A DNA stretch of 64,000 bases, from the NCBI GenBank assembly GCA_963733095.1, contig CAVTBV010000008.1, forward strand, positions 1 to 64,000, written 5' to 3'. This document shows positions 8,677-19,625 of the stretch, one piece after another (position 1 is the first letter of the stretch; each line of letters begins with the position of its first letter). The position numbers and the translations under genes were made by a program. Source of the DNA: Candidatus Bathyarchaeota archaeon (GTDB taxonomy: Archaea > Thermoproteota > Bathyarchaeia > Bathyarchaeales > Bathycorpusculaceae). Below the pieces are notes generated by a model. It was given only the letters and a program-made list of their open reading frames with translations, was not told the origin of the DNA and made no database searches.

Positions 8677-10635
8677 TTGACGGCTTTTCCAAAATCCAGA
8701 AAACTAATTAGTCCATATGAGGAAGCAGAACAGCAGCAAGAAGATAAAAAAACTCAACTTAACCCGAAAGACGACCTTTTTTATTCTTTGTTTGAAAACA
8801 GTTTTGACCCAATATTGGTAACCAAGCCCGATGGCAGCATTCTTTCCGCCAATCCAGCAGCATGCAACATGTTTGGCATGACTGAAGCCGAGCTCAAAAA
8901 GGTTGGTCGAGAAGGTGTGGTTGTGCTGGACGAGAAAGCCAAAGCAGCACTTAGCCAACGAGAACGTGCAGGCAAAGCAAAAGCTGAACTAACCCTAAAA
9001 CGCAAAGACGGCTCAATTTTCAATGCAGAAGTGTCCTCCCGCCTCTTCACCGATGTCGAAGGCACAGTCAAAACAAGCATGATAATAAGGGATATAACCG
9101 AACACAAAAAAATGGAAGAGATACTTAGGCAAAGTGAGGAACACTTTCGTGCAGTTTTTGAAAAAACAGCACTTGGCATCGCAATAGGCGACCCAACGGG
9201 GCACCTAATCAAATGCAACGGCGCGTTCCAACGGATGCTAGGTTATAGTGAAAAAGAACTGTGCGACAAAGTTTTCTCGGAATTCACTCATCCGATAGAT
9301 GCAAAAAAAGAATGGCGTCTAGTCGAAGAAATAGTTGCGGGAAAGAGAGACTATTACAAAATTGAAAAGCGATATATACGCAAAGATGGGCAGATATTTT
9401 GGGGGCAAACAATAAGTAACCCAATATATGGACCGGACAAAAAAACAGTTATGGCCATTGCCACTATCGAGGATATTTCGGAACGTAAGAAGGCTGAGGA
9501 AGGACTTCGTCAAGCTAAACAGCGATTGGAGGCTCATATGAAAAATGCACCTGAAGCGATTATTGAATTTGACCCGCAATATCGTGTCATACGTTGGTCT
9601 GATGAAGCCCAGCGAATTTTTGGTTGGTCAAAAGACGAAATTCTAGGAAAAGGTATTGCTGAGATGCCTTGGGTTTATGAAGATGATTTTGAATTAGTTC
9701 AGCAATTATCACTAGACATGCTTGATGGAAAACGCCCCAGAAACGTTAGTTCAAATCGCAATTACCGAAAAGATGGGGCTGTCATATATTGCGAATGGTA
9801 TAACTCTGCGCTCTATGACCCTGATGGAAAGTTGACTTCGGTTTTGTCGTTTGTTCTTGATGTAACCGAGCGTAGAAAAATGCAAGAAAAGCTTGAAGAA
9901 TATGCTAAGAATCTGGAAGGACTTGTTGAAGAGCGAACGAATTCTTTGCGCGACGCAGAGCGTTTAGCTGCTATTGGTGCAACAGCTGGAATGGTTGGGC
10001 ATGACATACGTAATCCGTTGCAAGCTATAATTAGTGAAGTCTACATAGCCGAGTCTGATTTGACTTCACTGCCTGATAGCGAAGCAAAGCAGAGTTTGAT
10101 GAATAGCCTTCGCGAGATTAATATGAGTACTGATTATATCAATAAAATTGTTGCTGACCTTCAAGACTTTGTCAGACCGCTCAATCCTTCGATTAGTGAG
10201 GTGGATTTGGAAGAGCTGATTGAAGGGTTGCTAATTAAGGCAACGTTTCCCGAGAATATTCACGCTTCATCTCAAGTGGAACAGACTGTCAAGGCAGTTC
10301 AGTCCGATGGGGTTTTCTTGAAGAGGGTTCTGGGAAATTTGATTTCTAATGCTGTTCAGGCTATGCCGAACGGGGGAGAACTTTATATTCGTGCTTATGC
10401 AGACGCTGACGATGTGGTTATCGCGGTTGAGGACACAGGTGTAGGCGTACCTAACTCGTTGAAAAGTAAGTTGTTTACACCCTTGTTTACGACAAAGAGT
10501 AAGGGTCAAGGTTTTGGGTTGGCGGTTACTAAAAGGCTAATTGAGTCGTTGGGTGGTTCGGTGAGTTTTGAAAGCAAAGAGGGCAGAGGCTCGACATTTA
10601 GCTTACATATTCCCAGAAATATACAGGTTGAATAA
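8677..10635 (+). CDS. multi-PAS sensor histidine kinase
   Basis: Three PAS/PAC repeats, H-box GHDIRNPL, N-box NLISNAVQAM, G boxes DTGVG and GQGFGL. Confidence 0.95.
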   Translation: MTAFPKSRKLISPYEEAEQQQEDKKTQLNPKDDLFYSLFENSFDPILVTKPDGSILSANPAACNMFGMTEAELKKVGREGVVVLDEKAKAALSQRERAGKAKAELTLKRKDGSIFNAEVSSRLFTDVEGTVKTSMIIRDITEHKKMEEILRQSEEHFRAVFEKTALGIAIGDPTGHLIKCNGAFQRMLGYSEKELCDKVFSEFTHPIDAKKEWRLVEEIVAGKRDYYKIEKRYIRKDGQIFWGQTISNPIYGPDKKTVMAIATIEDISERKKAEEGLRQAKQRLEAHMKNAPEAIIEFDPQYRVIRWSDEAQRIFGWSKDEILGKGIAEMPWVYEDDFELVQQLSLDMLDGKRPRNVSSNRNYRKDGAVIYCEWYNSALYDPDGKLTSVLSFVLDVTERRKMQEKLEEYAKNLEGLVEERTNSLRDAERLAAIGATAGMVGHDIRNPLQAIISEVYIAESDLTSLPDSEAKQSLMNSLREINMSTDYINKIVADLQDFVRPLNPSISEVDLEELIEGLLIKATFPENIHASSQVEQTVKAVQSDGVFLKRVLGNLISNAVQAMPNGGELYIRAYADADDVVIAVEDTGVGVPNSLKSKLFTPLFTTKSKGQGFGLAVTKRLIESLGGSVSFESKEGRGSTFSLHIPRNIQVE

Positions 10636-10849
10636 TTACTTCTTTTTAATAATCAAGCAATACTCAGCTTTGTTACTCACAGACTTTTCCCGATTGGGGT
10701 CTAGCAGGTTATCCTTTTAGCATTTTCCACTATCCCTTCGCCTGCTAAAAAAAGGGAGCGATTGCTTCTCAATTTAACACAATTTTAGGCGGTCACAGAT
10801 GTCGCTATCGCTTTTGACCCTGACAGCAGAGCCTACGCGATGGATGAGT

Positions 10850-10981
10850 TCTATAAACATATCTGAATTGTTGGAGTATCGGGAAGACATCGAGGAAAAC
10901 GAGTATGCGACTGATGCTTTGCGGTATAGTTCGCCGCTTGAGCAGGAAGAGAAACCGTTTCTTTGTATGGTTACGCGTTGA
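10850..10981 (+). pseudogene. possible C-terminal remnant of a second terminase large subunit
   Basis: SINISELLEYREDIEENEYATDALRYSSPLEQEEKPFLCMVTR resembles the ND-H-xx-DALRY end of terminase nuclease domains and ends like terL here (PEPFLAVVQK). Confidence 0.45.
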
Positions 10982-11044
10982 TGCCTTCAAATAATGAGGA
11001 TATAAGCTACTTAGCAAGCTGTTGGTTCAAATTGAGGCACCCCA

Positions 11045-11437
11045 TCAAAACAAGCGACATTTATTCTGAATAAAAGCATTTAGAGCTAACTTTCCAGCCG
11101 ACCGTTGGATCCAGCGTATTTTTGACTTAACCATATTCAAGAAAGACCCAGTTATTAAATAATGTATTATGAAGCCAATGATAGCGAGCACTATAATGAT
11201 GCCTACAAACCACCACCATTTTCTGCCGCCAACCCTGCGCTCTTCCTCAACTCTATGAGTGGGAAGTGAGGGGTCGGAGCCAGAATTGCTGATGTCAAAT
11301 CTATGAAGTTCTTTGCAGTTTGGGCACTTGAAAAGGCGTTTTTTGCCGACCTGCATAGAATAGTTTAATGCTCCAGGAACGTATTCATAATTGAATCTGT
11401 AATGGCAATGTGGGCATTCTACAATTGAGACTGTCAT
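11045..11437 (-). CDS. zinc-ribbon membrane protein
   Basis: CPHC...CPNC followed by one TM helix. Confidence 0.65.
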   Translation of the reverse strand: MTVSIVECPHCHYRFNYEYVPGALNYSMQVGKKRLFKCPNCKELHRFDISNSGSDPSLPTHRVEEERRVGGRKWWWFVGIIIVLAIIGFIIHYLITGSFLNMVKSKIRWIQRSAGKLALNAFIQNKCRLF

Positions 11438-11738
11438 AAAATAAGCCTTCTTTCTTTAAAATAATGCAGCAAATTATATAAAAAGTTCGAAAATATTATC
11501 CAGAGGCAAAAATTTGTGCGTTCACCAAGCAAACTTACGATGGAAAAACGAGTTTTTTCCGTCTTTAGTTCAGCGTGATTTTAATTCTTATAAAGCAACT
11601 TTAATGATAGGCTATTTTGTGTAGGCAGCTCTGGGGAAAGCTGTAAGCTTAACCTAACCCCACCCAAGACTGGCGCTGCCGTTTTTCCAAACTTACTGCT
11701 TGTTGACTTTGTTTTTCCAGTAAAGCAGGAGGTTCGTT

Positions 11739-12539
11739 TTGAGTAAAGCTCCAGCAAGAATATACTTTATCGTACTGATAGCTGTAATTGCTTTTGCCGT
11801 CGTACTAGTAGGGGGGTACTACATCTCTCAAGTATTTCTAACCTCATCCCCGCAATCTTCCACTATGCCCATACCAGTAGTCGAAACTGCTAGAAACTGG
11901 GCAGGCTACATCTCCGCCTCAGACCTCCAAAATCCACAACCGGAAGTCATAGGTGTAAGCGCTTCGTGGACCGTTCCAACAATCACAGATATTGGAATAG
12001 ATGCGTTTTCAGCGATTTGGATTGGCATAGGCGGAGAGTTTGATCAAACACTAATCCAGACAGGAACAGAGCAGGATTGGGTGAATGGGCAAGCGCAGTA
12101 TTCTGCTTGGTACGAATTACTTCCTGGCGACTCAATCACAATAGAAACAATGGATATTTCTTCTGGAGACCAGATCGAGGCTTCAATCAACCTCATTCAA
12201 TCCGACACAAATCGGTGGTCTATTTCAATCACAGATATAACATCTGGTCAGATTTACCAAAACAACTTCACGTATATCTCAGGGAAATTATCGGCTGACT
12301 GGATAGTGGAAAGACCTGAAGTAAATAGTGTTCTCCCTGCCCTGGCTGATTTTGACACAATTACCTTTGCCAACTGTCAGACAGTTTTTTTAAACAGAAG
12401 TGGAGCCATCAGTGGTTTTCCCAACAGTGAAGTCTTAATGGACGCGCAATTAAGACACAATAAAATGGTTCAGTTGGTTGATGTTTCAGAACTAAACCCT
12501 CAGGGTAACCAGTTTACAGTTAGCTACTTGACAGACTAG
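11739..12539 (+). CDS. membrane-anchored glutamic peptidase, family G1 (peptidase A4)
   Basis: NWAGY, WIGIGG, catalytic Q in LIQTGTEQD, AWYELLP, catalytic E in SADWIVERP; N-terminal TM/signal. Confidence 0.9.
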   Translation: MSKAPARIYFIVLIAVIAFAVVLVGGYYISQVFLTSSPQSSTMPIPVVETARNWAGYISASDLQNPQPEVIGVSASWTVPTITDIGIDAFSAIWIGIGGEFDQTLIQTGTEQDWVNGQAQYSAWYELLPGDSITIETMDISSGDQIEASINLIQSDTNRWSISITDITSGQIYQNNFTYISGKLSADWIVERPEVNSVLPALADFDTITFANCQTVFLNRSGAISGFPNSEVLMDAQLRHNKMVQLVDVSELNPQGNQFTVSYLTD

Positions 12540-12648
12540 AGGTATGACCCGCCAATGATTTTTAGCATCTGTTTGGCTATGACTGCGTTTAGAACAACGC
12601 GGATCAAAGATCTCTCCTTGATTTAGAAGTGACTGCTGGCTTTTCGAG

Positions 12649-12957
12649 TTACTGGTTTACTGCAAAATAAATGGTTATTGCGAATAGGCTTACAAATATT
12701 GCTTCGATTAGTAATATTAGTATAAATGTTGTCTGGTGGCTTTGGCTAACCTGATCAGAAGTGGGGATGCTACCACTTGTTTCCATTCCGGGATTCTCTT
12801 GTGCAATGATGTTATTCAAGTCTGAATTCGCTTGATTGGTCAAAAGTATAGTGGGTCCTGCTAAAGCGATAGCCAGAAAAATTCCTGCGAGAAAAAACAA
12901 GGCTTTTTTACGCATAAAAATACCTGTAAAAATATCCTTTTTCAGATTTATAAGCAT
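12649..12957 (-). CDS. small two-TM membrane protein (probable start MRKK)
   Basis: N- and C-terminal hydrophobic helices. Confidence 0.55.
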   Translation of the reverse strand: MLINLKKDIFTGIFMRKKALFFLAGIFLAIALAGPTILLTNQANSDLNNIIAQENPGMETSGSIPTSDQVSQSHQTTFILILLIEAIFVSLFAITIYFAVNQ

Positions 12958-13554
12958 TCAAGGGGCACTTTCTCTCTCATTTGTTTCGAAAATTTAACGT
13001 GCGTTCAAAATCAAAAAGCTTAAAGACTGGGAGGTAACGATACCACGAAGGTTGCTCCAGACGTCAAGAGAACTGCCTTGCTTAGATCAACATGAATTTA
13101 GGCAAATAGGCATCGAAGTCAGTAAATCTAACTTGGCATAGTGTAGTATATGACTGCGCCTAATGCAATACTCACTATCCAAAGGGCAGCTATGGGCTAA
13201 TTACCAGGACTTTTTCTACACTTATTAAGAATTACGTTAGAAAATTTCCAGGATATTTATAGTTAAACGTGTATTAATTAAATTCTATGCTCAGAGCATT
13301 ATTAAACTATTTTGAAAAAGCATGTTGCTACAAATGGCTGTTGAGCGAAACAGGATTTGCGGAACTCTGTTTTCAAAAGTTCGGGGCTTGAGATGATTCC
13401 GACGTTTTAACTTTAGGTTTAGCGCGCTAGGGGTTTTGAACCCCAATATATCTTGTAGCTCGATTATTACTCATTTAAAACTTAAGTACTTGGTTGTACT
13501 AAAAATAATTAAACAGTTTTGAGTTTAATCATCACATTTTAGAAAGCGCGTTAT

Positions 13555-16005
13555 ATGGAAAATAAATCAGTAACGACTGAAAACGCAAAAAACGAGTCTA
13601 CAGAAGAATTATTCAAAAAATTAAATACTGAAAAGGCTGGCCTCACCTCTTCGGAAGCAAAAAAGCGACTAGAAACGTTCGGACCCAATGAGATTTCAGA
13701 AAAGAAAGTCAATCCATTATTGAAGTTCTTTAGGTATTTTTGGGGTCCAATTCCATTCATGATCGAAGCAGCCGTAATCCTGTCAGCTGTCATTCAGCAC
13801 TGGGAGGACTTCGGAATCATATTTGCTCTGCTAATGCTAAACGCCGTGGTCGGCTTCTGGCAGGAACGCAAAGCAGACAACGCAATAGCGCTTCTAAAGC
13901 AGAGATTAGCACTTGAAGCACGAGTGCTTCGAGACGGCAAATGGGTACAGATACCTGCCAAAGACCTTGTCCCAGGAGATGTGGTACGGGTTCGACTAGG
14001 CGACATTGCACCCGCAGACATCAAGCTTCTTGAAGGCGATTACATACTGGTTGACCAGTCAGCATTAACTGGCGAATCGCTGCCTGTGGAAAAACATGTA
14101 TCCGATGTCGGCTACTCCGGTTCCATCATTAGGCAGGGCGAAATGGATGCTTTAGTTGTTACTACAGGTATGAACACTTATTTTGGGAAAACGGCAAAGC
14201 TTGTGGAAGAAGCCCACACCAAAAGTCACTTCCAAAAAGCAGTCGTAAAAATAGGCGATTACCTGATTGTTTTGGCGGTAGTTTTAGTTGCAGTCATTTT
14301 CATGGTTGCATTGTTCCGCCAAGAAAGTTTCGTTGACACCCTTGAGTTTGCGTTAATCTTAATCGTTGCAGCAATTCCAGCAGCCCTCCCCGCTGTCCTA
14401 TCTGTTACTATGGCAGTAGGAGCTATCGCACTAGCTAAAAAAGAAGCGATTGTCAGCAAACTTTCCAGTATTGAAGAGATGTCAGGCGTAGATATTTTAT
14501 GCGCAGACAAAACTGGAACCATAACAAAAAACCAGCTTACAGTAGCTGAAGTGAAACCGGATGACGGATTCAAAGATACTGACGTGTTACTGTTGGGTGC
14601 CTTAGCATCAAGAGAAGAAGATAAGGACCCTATCGACAGCGCAATAATCACTCAAGCTAATGCCAATTCATCAATTGCTTTAACCTGCAAAAGCTTCGAA
14701 GAGATGGGATTCAAACCCTTTGACCCTGTTGTGAAACGCACTGAAGCCACAGTCAAGAATCCCCGAGGAACTACCTTTAAAGTATCGAAAGGGGCACCGC
14801 AGGTAATTCTCAAACTTGTTTCAGCTCAAAAAAAACTCGAAGACAAGGTTAATCAAGACATAGATGAATTTGCGTTAAAAGGGCAACGCTCCCTTGGAGT
14901 AGCAAAGACTGATGAAAACGGAAAGTGGCAGTATGTTGGTTTAATAGCTTTGTATGATCCGCCACGTGAAGATAGCGCTGAAACCATCAAGACAGCCCAG
15001 TCAATGGGAGTCCAAGTTAAGATGGTCACTGGCGACCACATAGCGATTGCAAAAGAAATATCTCGGGAAGTACACTTGGGAACAAAAATTATGCTTCCCT
15101 CAGCCATTTTGGGTCCACATGAAAAAGATGCACAGCGCGCAGTTGAGGAAGCTGAAGGATTCGCCGAAGTGTTTCCTGAACACAAATATCATATTGTCGA
15201 ACTTCTCCAAAACTCCGGGCATATAGTTGGTATGACCGGCGACGGAGTCAACGACGCTCCAGCACTTAAAGAGGCAGACGCAGGAATAGCGGTTGCCGGC
15301 GCAACAGATGCCGCAAAATCTGCTGCTGATATTGTTCTGACTAAGCCTGGTTTATCCGTAATTATCGATGCTATCAAGGAAAGCCGAAAGATTTTCCAAC
15401 GTATGAACAACTATGCACTCTATCGTATAGCTGAAACTATTCGTGTGTTATTCTTCATTGTCGCATCTATTCTTGTGTTCAATTTCTATCCGGTAACTGC
15501 AGTGATGATAGTTCTAATTGCATTGTTTAATGATGTGCCGATAATGGCGATTGCGTATGACAACGTGAAGAGCTCAAATAAACCTGAAAGATGGAACATG
15601 AGAAGTGTTCTGACTATGTCGTCGTTTTTGGGAATAATCGGAGTATTCTCTTCATTTGGAATATTCTATATTGGCGATGTAGTATTGAAACTCCCCTTGG
15701 GCGTTCTTCAAGCGTTCATATTCCTCAAGTTGGCGGTTGCTGGACACTTAACTATCTTCGTAACTCGCACACGAGGGCACTTCTGGTCCATTAGACCAGG
15801 AGGTCTTCTCTTTTGGTCTGCTGTTGTAACCAAGGTTGCAGCGACTTTAATCGTAGTTTACGGAGTATTCGTGTCACCTATTGGCTGGGGGCTAGCAGCA
15901 TTTATCTGGGGATACGCATTTATAGCGTTCGTTGCAACTGATTTCCTGAAAGTTCGTTTCTACAAATTGCTCGATCATGGCGACACCGTTTTTCACAGAC
16001 CATAA
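13555..16005 (+). CDS. plasma-membrane proton-efflux P-type ATPase (P3A)
   Basis: TGES, DKTGT, KGAP, TGD, MTGDGVNDAP; P3A-typical DQSALTGESLPV and ND..IMAIAYD. Confidence 0.95.
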   Translation: MENKSVTTENAKNESTEELFKKLNTEKAGLTSSEAKKRLETFGPNEISEKKVNPLLKFFRYFWGPIPFMIEAAVILSAVIQHWEDFGIIFALLMLNAVVGFWQERKADNAIALLKQRLALEARVLRDGKWVQIPAKDLVPGDVVRVRLGDIAPADIKLLEGDYILVDQSALTGESLPVEKHVSDVGYSGSIIRQGEMDALVVTTGMNTYFGKTAKLVEEAHTKSHFQKAVVKIGDYLIVLAVVLVAVIFMVALFRQESFVDTLEFALILIVAAIPAALPAVLSVTMAVGAIALAKKEAIVSKLSSIEEMSGVDILCADKTGTITKNQLTVAEVKPDDGFKDTDVLLLGALASREEDKDPIDSAIITQANANSSIALTCKSFEEMGFKPFDPVVKRTEATVKNPRGTTFKVSKGAPQVILKLVSAQKKLEDKVNQDIDEFALKGQRSLGVAKTDENGKWQYVGLIALYDPPREDSAETIKTAQSMGVQVKMVTGDHIAIAKEISREVHLGTKIMLPSAILGPHEKDAQRAVEEAEGFAEVFPEHKYHIVELLQNSGHIVGMTGDGVNDAPALKEADAGIAVAGATDAAKSAADIVLTKPGLSVIIDAIKESRKIFQRMNNYALYRIAETIRVLFFIVASILVFNFYPVTAVMIVLIALFNDVPIMAIAYDNVKSSNKPERWNMRSVLTMSSFLGIIGVFSSFGIFYIGDVVLKLPLGVLQAFIFLKLAVAGHLTIFVTRTRGHFWSIRPGGLLFWSAVVTKVAATLIVVYGVFVSPIGWGLAAFIWGYAFIAFVATDFLKVRFYKLLDHGDTVFHRP

Positions 16006-16322
16006 AAGATTGCCTCAACGTTTTTTCAACGAAAAACACGCAAGTATCGCGCATACCCCTCGTTTGGTTCGCTGAAAAACTGCAAGTAGTAGTAAGGATA
16101 AGTATGTTTGGGATTTACTGCGACGAATTTAGGAGCGCGCCAGCTTGTTGCTAATTTGATTTGTTTGTGTTAATTTCTGCTATCTTTCTAACATAGTTAT
16201 AGATCGGGATTTTTCCAGTCTGTCCAGTCCACAGGGCACCACTACAAGGTCGGGAACTCCAAAAATCAATCTGTTCAGCATGAAAATGTCAATACAAATA
16301 ATTTAGCAACAAACTCGCGCGT

Positions 16323-16376
16323 CAAGAAGGCAAAGGAATAACCTTCACAGTACGTTTGCCGTCAAAGAAACAGTAA
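16323..16376 (+). pseudogene. histidine kinase C-terminal micro-remnant
   Basis: Translates QEGKGITFTVRLPSKKQ*, matching SQEGKGTTFTVCLPP of the intact kinase. Confidence 0.6.
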
Positions 16377-16423
16377 AAAAACAACTTAAGAGCTAACATA
16401 ATCTTGAGCCAAATACCCATATA

Positions 16424-16816
16424 GTGGCTGGTACTGATAGAGTAATTAAGTTGTGTTTTATGTCAAAGACCCTGCCTAATAAAAAGAAGCACCAAGCAGT
16501 TCAAAGAATTTTGAGGACGGTGCCATACGAAGATGGTTTCAATTTCTATATTGATATTGGTCAACCAACCAAAAACACTGCAACAAGTCTAGAACAATTC
16601 GCCAAGGAACTTGAAGAGGTAGACCTAAAGTCAGTTGACTTTCATTTTGAGAGAGCAGACTTTCAAAAATGGATCAGCAAAATATTGGAAGATAGTGTAT
16701 TATCCCGTAGATTGGACAAAATTCCAAAAGACATTGTTGGAGAACCGCTGAGAAAAAAGATTGTGGAAATTGTAAAAGCACGAAACGATGAACTAATGAA
16801 GTTTCAACTTTCATAA
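16424..16816 (+). CDS. DUF5752-like protein (likely start MSKT ~16460)
   Basis: F.FY..IG..T...A.SL..F...L..V...S..FH..R.DF..WI pattern. Confidence 0.75.
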   Translation: MAGTDRVIKLCFMSKTLPNKKKHQAVQRILRTVPYEDGFNFYIDIGQPTKNTATSLEQFAKELEEVDLKSVDFHFERADFQKWISKILEDSVLSRRLDKIPKDIVGEPLRKKIVEIVKARNDELMKFQLS

Positions 16817-17361
16817 CTCCAAGCCCGTGCTTTTCAACTTTGACAGTTGAATTAAAAAATAACACCAGCTGCCAAAACTGAAGGATAAATAATATGAAAA
16901 AATATCCACTGCTAAAAACGCTAATAAAAATATGTGACTACTTCAACACTAAGCAAATTTATGGGTTGCTCTTTTTTCTGTTTATTCTTATCTAATTAGG
17001 AATAATGGTTTTTTTTGCTTCTTTGTGTCGCTCCTTAAGGGAAACTTCTTAAAGAAACGGGCATAAGTTGTTGACTTAAGGATCCTCATTTAACTTTGCT
17101 AAAATTCTTTTGTGGATTGCCGGATTCCTCATTTGGATAATCCATTAATCTTCACCAAACAAAATCACTTAATGTAGTGAAATAAAAAAATTTTTCATTG
17201 TCAGCAAGCAACAACAAAGTATCTGGTCTTGCGTAACCAACTCATTTTCTTATTCAGTTGAAAGGTTAAATCATTTTTCTTTTTCAGGCATCAAGAATAT
17301 TCGAGTAAGGATAAACTTAAATTGACATAGTCAAGTTGAAATAAATCTCGAGGATTATCCA

Positions 17362-17586
17362 TTGAAGTTCCAAATTGAAGTTAACAGAGAAGATTGCATA
17401 GCATGCGCATCATGCTATACGCTGGACTCTAACCATTTCGAAGCTGATGATGAGGGTAAGTCGAAAGTGAGAGGCGGAATAAGTAACGGCAAATCAACTG
17501 GCAGTTTTGACGATGACAAAATAACTATTGCAGAAGATGCAGAAAGCACTTGTCCTGTGAGCGCTATCAAAGTCACTAAAACTTAA
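17362..17586 (+). CDS. monocluster ferredoxin
   Basis: CIACASC ... CPVSAI. Confidence 0.9.
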   Translation: MKFQIEVNREDCIACASCYTLDSNHFEADDEGKSKVRGGISNGKSTGSFDDDKITIAEDAESTCPVSAIKVTKT

Positions 17587-17622
17587 AGCCAAGCGATGCT
17601 CACCCTTTACTGGACGAGCAGT

Positions 17623-17970
17623 TCACTTTAGGGTTGTTTTGCATATGAAGGCATAAAAGACTGCAGGTTCATTTCCGACGACCCAGCCGTCATGTCCTGG
17701 CGGAATGTCGGATACATCTCCGGGACCGAACTCGATTTCTTGACCATCATCCGCTCTAACACGCAACCTACCTGAAACCCAGACCCCAAAATGATGCACT
17801 TGACAAGAATCAGTTTTAGCAATGGATTTTATGTCTTGTGACCATTTCCATCCAGGTTGATAGGTCTGCTTTGATATTGTCATGTTATCCATTCTGATGT
17901 TCTCAACCTTTAGATTTGGTGGAGTCTGAATCTCATCTGGTTTCTGAAAATTCTTTTTCTGTAAAACCAA
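17623..17970 (-). CDS. cupin domain protein
   Basis: PGWKWS...CQVHHFG...G...IPPGHDGWVVG cupin motifs. Confidence 0.85.
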   Translation of the reverse strand: MVLQKKNFQKPDEIQTPPNLKVENIRMDNMTISKQTYQPGWKWSQDIKSIAKTDSCQVHHFGVWVSGRLRVRADDGQEIEFGPGDVSDIPPGHDGWVVGNEPAVFYAFICKTTLK

Positions 17971-18078
17971 CTATTTCACCGTTAGTTTTAGTGGTTATTC
18001 TTGGTATTAATCAATTGTGTTAGAATTATCGCGCGTGAATTTCGAATTATCTTTGCTTGACGGTATTAGAAACCTGAC

Positions 18079-18540
18079 TTATTTGAAGCTCCATTTACCG
18101 TTTAGCTCTTTGGGGGGTAAACTTACAATGAAAGTGGTTCCTTTGCCTTCTTGGCTCTCGAAAGCTACATTGCCGCCGAACGCTTCACTCATGCGCTTAA
18201 CAACCGCTAATCCAAACCCTTGACCTTTCGCCTTAGTCGTAAACATTGGAGTAAACAATTTTCCTTTCACGTCTTCAGGAATACCTACGCCAGTATCTTT
18301 GACTGCTATGACAGTGTCATTTGCTTCCTTGTAAGCATGTATAGTCAGTTTTCCGCCTTTAGGCATTGCTTGAACCGTGTTATTCACCAAATTGTCCATA
18401 ATGCGATTTATGAAAGTGGAGTCAGCGACAACTTTCCGCGCGTCTATTTCAACTTTAACGCTAACTATAATATTCTCTGGCAAACCGTTCTTCTTCAATA
18501 ATTGCTCAATAATGAGTTCCAAATAACGCGCAGTAAACAT
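18079..18540 (-). pseudogene. truncated histidine kinase, HATPase_c domain only
   Basis: N, G1, F and G2 boxes are present but there is no H-box or sensor; homology starts abruptly. Confidence 0.75.
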
Positions 18541-18653
18541 AGTCTCTAACTTAATTACCGATTCTGCTAAAAGAATAAAAAATAAGAAAAAAATAGGTCA
18601 TTAGGGGAACTGACACCCAGCGGTCGAGGTCGTGCTCAGGGTGTGCCGCTAGT

Positions 18654-18845
18654 TTAGTTCTCTGATTTCTTCTGCCGCGGATTATAAATAATGCCGGCAA
18701 TAAGCAACACCAATCCAAAGACGGGTAATACGAGCGCATCTTGGATGCCTTTTGCAAAAAAGAGGACGATGCCCAAAACTATTAGTACGGTTCCAAACGC
18801 AAGGAGTCTCCCCTTATTTGTCTGATAATATTTACTCGGATCCAA
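18654..18845 (-). CDS. small two-TM membrane protein
   Basis: SD-like ggaggtg upstream; two TM helices; follows the ABC permease. Confidence 0.65.
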   Translation of the reverse strand: MDPSKYYQTNKGRLLAFGTVLIVLGIVLFFAKGIQDALVLPVFGLVLLIAGIIYNPRQKKSEN

Positions 18846-18879
18846 TGTTCCACCTCCGCCCTCTTCGCTTCCAACTTCG

Positions 18880-19623
18880 CTACTTCCACTTTGTTAGTAT
18901 TTCCTCCCTTCGGAAAGTCTTGGTGCTGACAAAAAACAGCGCCACACCAACAGCTAAGATAACCCCTGAAATTACGAGCAAAGTGTTTACGTCAAGAGTT
19001 ATTACGCTTGTCTCGCTGAGAAGGTATATGCCAAGGAGGGGAAAGAGAATAAAAATTCCAAAACTGTTAGCGCTACGCACATCATTAACTCTTGAAGAAA
19101 CCATCACACTGAACAGAACACTCATAACAATGGCGACCGGCATCAAAACTAACAGCAAAGTGGCGATATTCCAGTTTGGAAAATAATAATAGCCAAGCGT
19201 ACTGAAAGTAACCTCATCAATGCCCACCATGAAGACTGCTGCAGCCGCATACATCGCCACTAAAGTTGGAATAACTGCGGAAATGGCTTTTCCAAGCAAA
19301 ATCTCTCCATCAGTAAGAGGTGTTGCTAGAAGCGGTTCCAGACTCTTCTCAACTTTCTCCCCCACTATACTGTAGGAGGCAATTCCCAAGGGAACGTACG
19401 CTGCTCCTATAACTAAAAAGAAAGAAAAAGAGTTAAGCAAATTTGGAAGCACACCAGGCGCTGCAAGTCCATGGCTCCCCCTAATCGCTAAATACTCCAG
19501 TATCACCGGAAACAAGACCGAGATAACAACAGGGAAGACTATGATTGAATACCAGACATTTTTTACTCGCCTAAATATCTTGAAGTCCCTAGCTGCTACG
19601 ATCCACGCCTTTGAGAGCCTCAT
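18880..19623 (-). CDS. ABC-2 type exporter permease
   Basis: Six TM helices, GEKVEKSLEPLLATP motif. Confidence 0.9.
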   Translation of the reverse strand: MRLSKAWIVAARDFKIFRRVKNVWYSIIVFPVVISVLFPVILEYLAIRGSHGLAAPGVLPNLLNSFSFFLVIGAAYVPLGIASYSIVGEKVEKSLEPLLATPLTDGEILLGKAISAVIPTLVAMYAAAAVFMVGIDEVTFSTLGYYYFPNWNIATLLLVLMPVAIVMSVLFSVMVSSRVNDVRSANSFGIFILFPLLGIYLLSETSVITLDVNTLLVISGVILAVGVALFFVSTKTFRREEILTKWK

Positions 19624-19625
19624 AT

